Of a stretch of DNA of 64,000 nucleotides, positions 53,911 to 64,000 are shown in pieces; position 1 is the first letter of the stretch; the number at the start of each line of letters is the position of its first letter. The notes below the pieces were generated by a model, which made no database searches, was not told the origin of the DNA, and worked only from the letters and a program-made list of their open reading frames with translations. The position numbers and the translations under genes were made by a program. Origin of the DNA: Tubiluchus corallicola. Taxonomy: Eukaryota > Animalia > Priapulida. The stretch is from assembly GCA_030141605.1 (NCBI GenBank), contig JAQGDQ010000836.1, positions 1-64,000 on the forward strand, written 5' to 3'.

Positions 53911-54313
53911 TGAAAAAATGTAAACGAATTGAAAACGGAAGGTCACAAATTAATGGCTGACTTGCATGGAAAAAGGCGAGTTTTAACAACTAATAAGAAG
54001 TAATGTTACCAGAATTTAACATTTTTGACTAGAATCGAACAAAATAAAAAAAATTACAGACTTCAATGCCCATCAGAAGTACTACTTTGTTGTCAGTCAC
54101 TTAAGAAAAAGATATTGCCGTTTATTTTTTTCCTTCAACAATTTCTTTTCCTGTCATGTAGGTTTGACAAACGGAAAATAATAATTGGCTAAACTTTGAA
54201 ATATGAGCAAAACTTTCATAAAGTTTAGTCTTTTAGTAAAATGTTAAAAGCGTGTTCAGACTACTGCTTTCTTCTTTTTTATCGTTACTAACTCATGTCA
54301 AAATAAAGGTTGA

Positions 54314-54967
54314 AAGCACAAGATAACCCTCCACTTACATAAAGCTTAAAAAATTCATTTCGAAATTTTATATCACTTACATACTACCTTTTCGTATGCA
54401 TGGCTTGCATCGGCCGTAACGCTGTATAAAACGTGTAAATTTAAACTCCCGCGATGACCGTTACGGGCAGCCATTTTAATGGTAGGTCGTTTGAAACAAG
54501 TTTTGATAACATTGAGTAAAGTTTGAAAAAATAATCAGTGCGTTCGTAGCATACATGTTGCTAATTAAGTAAAATTTTAAATTACTGTATCTTGTCAATA
54601 AGATTAAAAATACGTTTTTGGCTAGTGAGTGGCGCACCCTGGAGGTTGAGTCAGCGACATTTTACCAATTGGCACAAACATTTTAAATTATTAGTCTGGT
54701 TACATAGTCATTTCCAGCAGGTAAGCGAAATGCTAAGTAATATAGATTTGCACGGAAAGTTTTTTTGGGGCATAATTTAACATTTCCTTTTCACCCCTGA
54801 TTTACGTTTGCGTGACGTCGTGTAATGGCGCGGGTGGGAACAGTATTGCGGGAGATTTAAAATGAAAATAAACGAAAATTCCTTTCAACGCGAGGACGAT
54901 GTAAGCATAAAATTGCTATAAAGCAATATAATTTTAAGACGATTTTTCTGAAACCATTTTTTGTCCT
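54314..54967 (-). mobile_element. TTAA-target MITE family B, copy 4
   Basis: Homologous to 29455-30137; ends ttgtcct|ttaa. Confidence 0.78.
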
Positions 54968-55150
54968 TTAAAAAAGGAGCTCAAACAAAAATAATATGAC
55001 TGCTAAAATGAAGCGAACATCAGAATGTTATCTGATAGAGATCACTGCACAGGTCCGAAAAAACCAATAAAGGAACTGAGTGCCTGAGTACTTACTTCAG
55101 TTTATGGGAGAGTTTAATAAAACGTTTATTTTACTTATGTTTCATCTTAC

Positions 55151-56765
55151 CTTGAACCTGATTTTCCACCTTCTTTCCATATTTGTCTGTTTCATATTGA
55201 GGAAACGGATTTGCAAGATACTCATTGTGCGAGTCGTATAATGCTGCTTCCTTGGGCTCTTCATATCCATATGGATTTTCTCTGCTAGATCCATATGGAG
55301 CGTTTTCTGGTTCGTACTCTTTCTCTGTTTTGCTACCCGATTTCACATCAGCATAGGGATCATAATACTGTCCATTTGGTACATACGGATCTCTTTCCAC
55401 ATCTTGAGGAGAAGAATCTTCGGAGGAGGAGCTGTAAGCTTCCCATGGGTTATAGTAATTATCTTCACTTTCCGATGGAGGATATAATCCACTTTCAGGC
55501 AACTGATATGGATTATATGAGCTGTCGTAATCTTGACGTTTCGATTCCAGAGGCCGTTTCGATTCTGTTCTTCCATAGGCTTCTACCCGTGGCTTCTCAT
55601 CTGAAGGATAACCTTGCGAACCGTAAGATTGTTGTTTTGATGTGTAACTTTGTCCTTTATCAGCAAATACACCATGTATTGAGTAGCCTTCTACGCCTGG
55701 TCTGCCGTAAGTACTCGAATCATACACGTCTGTTGTTCCTGCTCTTGAACTTTCTGTTGGTGGGTAAATGTCACCGCGAGAATCTTGTTCTCGGTAGGAA
55801 TATCCATCAGCTCCAGGAAAATGTGGGTATACCTGATCATCCGGATGTTCCGTGGAATATCCCGGTTCTTGGATAGCATATCCCTGTTCATCAGGTTGGT
55901 ATCTTTCTCCAGAATAGGGATAACCTTGTTCTTGTGGCGGATATCCTTGTTCTTGTGGAGGATATCCTTGTTCTTGAGGATATCCTTGATCTTGTGAAGG
56001 ATAACCACGCCCCTGTGGGGCATATTCCTGTTCAGACAACGGATATCCTTGCTCAGAAGGATAACCTTGTTCCTGATAACGGTATTCGTCTTCAGCAATT
56101 GGATATCCTTGATCAGGTGGCAGATATCCTTGATCAGGTTGTGGATATCCTTGATCAGGTTGTGGATATCCTTGATCAGGTTGTGGATATCCTTGATCAG
56201 GTGGTGGATATCCTTGATCATTTGGTTGATAACCCCGAGCTTGTGATGGATACCTTTCTTCTGGTGAAAAATAATCCGGTTCCCGCGAATTTGCTGAATA
56301 AACCTCTGCCTGTGATGGATACCCCTGCTCATTGCGACCATATTGTTGTGATTCAAACAACTGTTCTTCAGGAATGTAGGGCTGTTCTTGATAGGGGTTC
56401 GTTAGAGGTTCCTCAATGGGATAACCTCGACCATGTGGATAAAATTCATCTTGTGGCGAGTAGCCTTGATTTGAATTTTCCTGTTCAAACGAATAAGGAT
56501 CCCAAGCTCTGCTGTTAGCAGGATACGGATACGGAGCATCTTGAACATTGTCTTTTGTCTTATGCTCATCAAACACACCTATTTGATTCGTTTCGTTCGA
56601 CCTTTCTTGATAACCATAATCACTTTCGTTCACTTTACTAACACCAACCACGTAAGGTTCAAAAGCGTTCGTCTCTGCTTCCTCACGGGAAACTTGCACA
56701 TCCAAAGGTTTGACCTCCTCTTCCGCCACAACAAGGGCTGTTAAGATTAATATTAAAATTCTCAT
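55151..56765 (-). CDS. Cuticlin-like ZP-domain protein, coding exon 1 (signal peptide and Tyr/Gln/Pro/Glu-rich region)
   Basis: Acceptor ttttcag at 56784; ATG at 56765 gives MRILILILTALVVAEE; QGYP repeats; donor g|gtaaga in phase 1 joins exon 53665. The seven exons sum to 2658 nt (885 aa plus stop). Confidence 0.92.
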
Positions 56766-58412
56766 TTTGCACAAAATTAGATCCTGAAAATAAATAAAAA
56801 GAAAACAGCTTTAGAACTATGATAACAATATAATATAGTAAAATAGTTACAGAAACTTAGTCGACACCAATACGTTGTTAACGTCAATCTAGTGCCGTAA
56901 TAATCTAAAGACTGAAACTATTACTGAAATAATGGGCTACGTATTTTTGCACAGTGACGGTTCTGACAGATGTCATACAATTCAATTCAAAGGTTTATTC
57001 GTCTCTAATATAATATTTATAGCGCAAATACAACAAATTGTGTAAAGTATGTAGAGATGGGATGGCGAAATACCAGGAGGTCATCGAGTCAGCCACCCCT
57101 ATATAACTTAGAATTATTATAAAGCACGGCAGACTACATGGTTAAGTGAATAAATACGTAGTTAGGTCTTAAGTGTAGCAAATAAACAAAATGCAAAGCA
57201 GTTATATTATGATTATACCAATGGAAAAAAGCAAGCAAATAATGCAGTTAAAAATTAAAACAACAATTGAACAAGTCATGAATGCAACAACGAAAATCTG
57301 GTTAAATCATAAATGCAGCGAGTGAACTATAATGCAGCAAATGAACGAAACTGTAGTTAAATAATGAATGCAAAACAAAAAAAAAACAAAAGGAAGAAAA
57401 TTTGTGCAGAAATACAGATAAACACCTTTCACGTTTAGTATAAAAAATTTCTGTCTAGAGCCTAAAGCTGGATAAGATAAAAAAAAGTAGTAATACACAC
57501 AACTTACGCGCCTGAAAATGTGCACGAAGGAAAATTGTTGGAGTAATAATAATTGTTGATATTTTCCATGTTTTCAAGTTGGTAGCACGCGTCTGTTTAC
57601 TTAAATTACTTCCTACGTATTTTCGCCTACTATTAAATATTCGGCAAACGTTCAGAACGAAATTAAACTGGAAATTGCTGGATGAGCGTGTTTCGATTGT
57701 TATAGTTTTGTCTGCGCGAAAGCTTGACACCTCTACCAACCACACTGGTAAGTAAGCAGTTCTATCGAGGTCATTAAAAATGAGTAACCCATTTTATGGG
57801 TCACCAAGTATGTACCTACCGAAGCAAGTGCAAGGCTGATCGGTCGCCAAGCTTGACTAGAAGACTTACTAAACCGCATTCCCGTTTCCAGCAGTATAAA
57901 AACCCGTGTTTGGAAAACACTGACGTCTTTGTGTATTTGTTACTATTCCCACTTGTGTCAGCAAAGTTCATTGTTCTTTGTTCCCGTATTATTTGCGGAA
58001 CCCCGTTGTAAAATATAGGTTAGTTATGATCATTAATTGCAGCACAAGTGCAAGCGCTCACAACTGAAACCATGGCACCTACAAATTATACCCTAAAGCA
58101 AAATAATAACCTGTAATGAGATTTCTCAAAGCATCTTTGATAGAACTTTTGAAAACGTAAGCAACTTTTTCCCACCGCAGCACTGCACTCTTGCGGAAGT
58201 AGTAAACCATAATATTAAAGTGGTTTTAGTAATTAAATTAAATTAATCTAGTTTTGAATTCCTAACAACAATATACGTTGACTGTAATAAAAATAAACTT
58301 GGTGTTTGCTGCACCAAGAAAATAAACAAGTTTCTCTTACAATAAGAATGTTAATAAAAATGTTACAGACCTACTGAGCAACCATTTTTTTCAGGTACAA
58401 TAAAAATGTTAA

Positions 58413-58961
58413 AGGAAGACCGGACGATTGTTTACATTCGATCTCATTTTAATTTACTGTCCAAAATATACATTTTCGTGCCTATAAAAGTTAACAATTG
58501 TTCCTTATGTTTGAATAATTAGCATAGAAAGTTAATTAGCAGCAACCGAACACAGCTATTGCTTACGTCAGAAACTAACCACAGTTTGTGCAATGGCAGG
58601 CGTCTTCCCTTGCGCGTCAAGCACATTTGAATAAGTGTTACAGTACTGTTTAAACGCATGATGTCACGAAAAATGGGCTTTACATCATATGACGTCAGAA
58701 ACTAACACTGCAGTTCATGATCATGGTTATCACGGTACCTCCTTCTATTTGTCGCCCACGCGAATGTGACAAAAAGGCGCCGCTGCCAATCTTAGTAGAT
58801 TCACTGAGTCGCGCGTAGCTTTGAAAGTTTAATGAAATTTGAGTATCCGAGGTAATTATTATTTAATCTAGGCTTTGATTTAAAAAAAGCTATTGTAGTT
58901 TTCAATATTTTAAAGCATTCTTTATTCTGAATTAATGTTTACACAATCATCCGGTTTTCCT
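58413..58961 (+). mobile_element. TTAA-target MITE family A, copy 3
   Basis: Same TIRs and body, TTAA on both sides. Confidence 0.85.
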
Positions 58962-59904
58962 TTAATTAAGATGTTATAGACTTAACAAACAATCGTCATT
59001 TTACTCAGGTAATTCGTCATTCATCATTGACCATACAGCATCCCGATTATAACTTTTGTACCCAAGACATGCAGGAAGGGAAGTCATACTAATTTCAAGA
59101 TTTTAAGAAGGCAGTATTTCGGGAAAAAGTCTAGTGGCATATTGTGCCGCAACCGTACGTATTGCTGGAAGGCGTAGCAAAAAGATAGAAAAAAGAAATC
59201 GAAAATAGAAGTAGCAAAAAACAAAAACAAATTTCTGTTACAATAAAATGCTAAATACTGGTATATGCTCAATTGTGTGCACAATGTTTAAAACAAAAAT
59301 ATAAACTTTTCTATAGAACAGGCCTTTTATTTTTTATTAAACTATTTTTACTTTTATTTCTACACCTCTTTGCAATATACGTGGTTACAGCATGATATGT
59401 CGCTACAATTTTTCTCTAAATAATGATACGTATTTGAAATCCTGAAACTGGCCTGACTTTCCTTGCTGCATCTTAGGTGCAAAAATTACAATCTGCCCAT
59501 AATAAATAGGGGCTCTGTATGGTTAGTAACGAATGATGAATTACCCGACAAAATGATAGTCCAATAAGAATATATTTTAATTATTTTGCTTTGATTTCAA
59601 AAAGGCAAGAAAATAAAGGGGGACAATTGTGGTCACTATGTGGGATTAGCGGCAAAAGATATGCAACACCAAGGTTGGACAATAACTGGATAAACGACCT
59701 CCAGTTATGTTGTTTCTGGACGAATTCTGCTACTGTACCGTGGCTGGTTGTTCAGCTCATGGAAGAAGGATGTCAAACATTGCTAATATGCCACTACTGC
59801 TTTTTATGGCGTGTTAGGTTCCGGGCCTGCTACAAACAACTACATCATGTATGCCTGGTCACTGAGTGCTGGAACCCAACTGGAGATTAATATGTTGCTT
59901 TCTG

Positions 59905-59920
59905 TGACCTTTGACCTTGA
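59905..59920. promoter_or_regulatory. Perfect DR1 (TGACCTtTGACCT) overlapping an FTZ-F1/SF1-type site (TGACCTTGA)
   Basis: tgacctttgaccttga read directly, about 3 kb upstream of the ZP start codon. Confidence 0.3.
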
Positions 59921-60407
59921 AACAAATAACATAATTCAACTTGCTTCTCCTTCATAAATTTTAATTCGATTAACAATTTTCAGGCTGTCAGTTTGTCTGA
60001 TGTTCCTTCCAGCTGATTTTTAAGCAGATTCAAACACTATTATGTCTTTTGGGTGTTAGAAATCACAAGTAATCAAATAATGATGATTTAAGGTCATTCG
60101 CGATTTGTTTAACTCAACTTTCGGTTGCAATCTTTCGTTATTATAAAATTTAGAAGACCTCCCAACCCTATAATAGATGTCCTGCAACTATAACAATGGA
60201 TGTGGTTTTCAAGTATCAAATTGGTTGACATGGGATCCTACCTCATTTTCCAAAAAATAACCCAATTGAACATTTTTCTTCAGAAAATTTCACTTTGGTT
60301 TTTAGACAACCTCCACTTTGTACAGCCGGCACTTCACTTTCAAATGGCCATGTTTAAAGAAAATTTAAGAAAAAGACAATCGACTATCGGGCACATTTTA
60401 TTAGTCA

Positions 60408-60603
60408 AAGTAAAATAATTCGTTGTATTGGTTGCGTGAAGCTGATTATTGGTGTTTTAGGGATGGCGAAACTATGAAGAGTTAGATTATAAAACTACAC
60501 GTTTATTGAACATCAACCACAATAACTATAACAGATAGTAATGCCAAACCCCCTGATCTATCCTGCTCTCCTTCAGCTCCCAGACTCAATCCCCTGAGCT
60601 GGG
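60408..60603. mobile_element. Partial copy of the 31461-31826 foldback MITE (one arm plus spacer)
   Basis: cgttgtattggttg...gctgattatt...gattataaaac...cacgtttatt...cagatagtaatgcca...gctcccagac. Confidence 0.7.
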
Positions 60604-61401
60604 CGCATCACAAGGCTTACATATCGTGCGCCTTAACTGGGCTTCGTGTCAGCATTCATCAACATAATTATCTATCATAATCTAACGCTTTTAACATAAT
60701 TTAACAGGTCCTCTTTACTGTCAACCTCACGGTAGTTACGTATACAAGGCAGGAAAACAGATTCATAGCTACGAATTATCGTAATTGGACTACCAAAATA
60801 ATAATAATTACTTAAATTACATACGCGTTTTGGAATGAACGAAAATTAAAATTTATTATACTCGATTTTGAAATGACAGAATGACGTTTTGAAGAAATTC
60901 ATAACGATAAAAATATCAACAAAGTGCGAACAAATTAGTAAATTACTTCCTGTCTGGTTATTCCAAACTATGATACGTCATACTAAATTCATAAAATTGA
61001 CAATAAGTTCCTGTAGTTTGTAGACGGACGAACATTAAACAAAGAAAAATTCCTGTCGAAAATCGTTTACGACCACACAGCGAGAGAAGACAATAATGAG
61101 CTTTGGCTTCGGTGATTTTTAACCAGCGAAAAACCACCACCCTGTTAAACAACGTAACTTGATGTTGGAGTAACGAAAGCGATTTTAAAAAATGACTTTT
61201 GATCGATATATGTTGCGCCCCTTTCGTTTTGAATTGTCGTATTTGATACCAGTTTATTACGGTAATATTTCGCTCGTAATTAAACAAAAAACGTTTGCCT
61301 TTTTCGTTACAATGTTCAATGGCTTTGTTTTCTTTTTCTTAATTATTAATCTGTTAATTATGTCTTTGTTAATTATTTTCTTTCGATAAGTATTATATCT
61401 G

Positions 61402-61404
61402 GGA

Positions 61405-61496
<92 letters not shown>

Positions 61497-61716
61497 AAAA
61501 AAAAGAAAGAAAGAAAGAAAAATAGAAAAGAGAAAGAAGAAAAAGAAAGGGAGGAAAGAAGGAAGGACGAAGAAAGAAAAAAGAAATATGAGTGAAAAAA
61601 AGAAAAGAAAATAACAGAAAATAAAGAAAAGGAAAGTAGAAAGAAAGACAATATAGGAACAGCAAAGAAAAAGTGAATGAAGAAGCAAAGAACAATAAAA
61701 AAGAAACGAAAAAAAC
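61402..61716. repeat. (GAAA)n microsatellite and purine-rich tract
   Basis: Direct reading. Confidence 0.95.
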
Positions 61717-62092
61717 AAAATTGGAGATCATGTTTAATGTCACCAACGAGACTAAAAGAAAAATGAAGCAACTTAAAAGTTTTCCAGCAAAGTGTGAGAA
61801 ACCCAGTGACTTTGAATTTCACTGAAACTGTAACTAATTTATGAGCGGATGACTTGGTGGTGTCACTGTTACCATGCCTAACCGGAAATAAAAAGGTTAG
61901 GTCTAGCGTTCAACTCCAAGCGGCAATTTCAGATTTTAATGATTATATTTTCCTTGCTCACCTTTGATCAGCTCTGTTCACCTTCGCTCATAATTATATC
62001 CGTTCGCATTTATTCGAATTATAAATAAAACAAATGAAATGAAATTAATACCTTTCTGAAAACTGATTAATGCTCGTTAGTTTAAAACATAC

Positions 62093-62250
62093 CTGTTAAA
62101 ATAAACACCTGTGTTAAAGAACTACGCAAAGAAACCAGTTTGATTAAAAGCACTGTCCAAACTCGTGAAGTGACAAGCACAGAACCTCTGGGCCTATGAT
62201 TATAACACTCGGGACACAACAACCACACTTCACACACACAATACGAGTGC
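62093..62250 (-). other. Possible non-coding first exon of the ZP gene
   Basis: Strong donor cag|gtatgt at 62092 below a GC-richer patch; 5' boundary uncertain. Confidence 0.25.
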
Positions 62251-62899
62251 CATGAATTATTATTATTACCAATTTCTAACGCGGGCCTTGTCTATGTGCA
62301 TATTAAGATCAAACGCAAAACGACCTGCATTTGCAAAACAAGTCAATCCAGTGTTTGGCTAATATGCCGAACTTCACGCTACTTTTAACCCTCGTTGTCC
62401 GGATGTGTTTCGCTAAGTCGCCGGAAGCTGCTATCTGACACGTAGTATAAAGCCCGTAGCGTAATAATGACTTTTATTCATCTTACTTAGAGTTTAAATA
62501 ATTGCAAAAAGCAGTAGGCCAATTGCGCAAATATGTCGCAAATTATTCGCGATGTTTATCAACAATTTCAAACTTGTTGAACATTTTGAGAGCTGAGGAG
62601 AACGCTACGAGGACTTTCCGGCTATTTCCAACATTTTGGCGACATTTTGGAGAATCTCGGTTGCCCCGTATGTGCTGCACTTTTTTCACTGAAAATTCCT
62701 TGAAACGGTCGCAAAGCACTTGCGCTGATGTCGTGCAACATTCGCCCTGTAGCCTGCGAACATCGCTCCAACTTCGCACCAATGATCTGTAACTGTGGGA
62801 CTTCGAAATTGCAAAAGTCGCAGCCCGGTGAATCCCTGGTTTAATCAAGTAATCACTCACTTAAAAAAAACTAACGACCGACTAACTGGCTAACTAAGT

Positions 62900-63340
62900 T
62901 TTTATTTATTTTATTCACACCCAATAGTAAAATACAGTCTATAATAAAAACAATATAATATAAAACACGCTGGCAAAAACATACAAAAACAATATTTACA
63001 AGAGTGTGGTAAAGACACAAAGAGATTAACTGCTTACATTGTCTATTGTGAACAAGGAATTTATGCAAGTTAACTTTATATAAGCGGCTTTTAAATAACT
63101 TAATATTTTGTGCAGTTACGAGGGGTGCACCATCAACATATGTAGGCAATGAGTTCCAAATGACCAAATGATACTTTAGCTGTTCGACGCACGAAAAGTT
63201 TCAGAGAATGTTCTACTGCAAGATACTCGCGTAAAAAATTTGTCGAAATCAACATCAACTTCTCTATAAATAATTTGGTAGAATAAAACTAAATCTTTTT
63301 GAATGTGTCTCTCTTCTAAAGACTTTAGATGTAGAATCTT
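62900..63340 (-). pseudogene. LINE (CR1/L2-like) 3' fragment
   Basis: VIWNSLPTYV...FKSRL is a typical ORF2 C-terminus, followed by an AATAAA-rich tail. Confidence 0.6.
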
Positions 63341-64000
63341 TAAGTGACAACTAACAAATGAATGAATGAGTGTTAATGAATGAATATGTTAAAGAAATAA
63401 AAGGTAAACAAATAGACACGTCTCTAAATCAGCAGCAACAGTCTTGTAATGTCTTATGTTTACCGTAACGTTGGAAAAAACACAATAAATTTATTTCACT
63501 GAAACAAACGTTTGTTTGACAAACATTTCATCACCAAGATTACTCGATGATGCGAGCTAGTGTTTTGCAGGCGCTAATTTACCCCAGCATGCGGAATTAA
63601 CGGGTTTGAAACACAAAGTGTAATTCAGGAAGTGTAATGGTAAACAAGGCGCAATTGTGGTTCAATGTTAAATCATCCCTCACATATGAAACAGCATCTG
63701 CTGATCTACTGACCATGGTAATTATATGCACAAAGAAGGCATTAATTCTGTTACCAAGTACAGACTAAAGTTTACTAGGCAAATACCATATTCCCCACTT
63801 AAGATTATTAAGTGATTGTATTAAGCAAGGTGGTTCTGTGTTACTATGTTTATTTAACGTGTAAGCTTAATAAATGTAATTAATCATTAAATTTTTAATC
63901 ACAAAATCTTTAAATTTCTTGATAAAGCAGCTTAAAAGTTTTTGCTTAAGCGTGTACTGTATTGCGATTGTAACATAACCTAGAACTGAGCTAACAATGA

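Noticed and set aside
55295-56744. Alternative-frame and antisense ORFs over the large ZP exon
   Set aside because: By-products of the 21-bp repeats and codon bias of the real exon.

Overview
AT-rich animal (invertebrate-like) genomic DNA with spliced genes and dense repeats; most six-frame ORFs are repeat artefacts. By reading splice sites by hand I rebuilt three minus-strand genes for secreted or surface proteins. (1) A complete 7-coding-exon, about 885-aa cuticlin-like ZP-domain protein (56765->45799) with signal peptide, a long Tyr/Gln/Pro-rich N-terminus with QGYP repeats, ZP module, furin site and TM anchor. (2) A 611-aa secreted Pro/Val/Glu-rich protein (35993->32471) built on 8 x 56-aa repeats with a YNxLxxQxxSxKH[KR]GY motif; decayed motif copies lie beyond its stop. 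(3) A probable paralogue (exon 640->1, runs off the window, absent from the ORF track) with the same motif followed by 24-aa Thr/Arg/Pro repeats. The two motif genes have similar TATA contexts and nuclear-receptor-like half-sites, so the window may hold an undescribed cuticle/extracellular-matrix gene cluster (inference). The rest includes TTAA- and TA-target MITEs, foldback palindromes, LINE relics, a TSD-flanked 5S-derived SINE, a 2.4-kb tandem duplication, several minisatellites and long microsatellites. No database searches were run and the organism is not identified.
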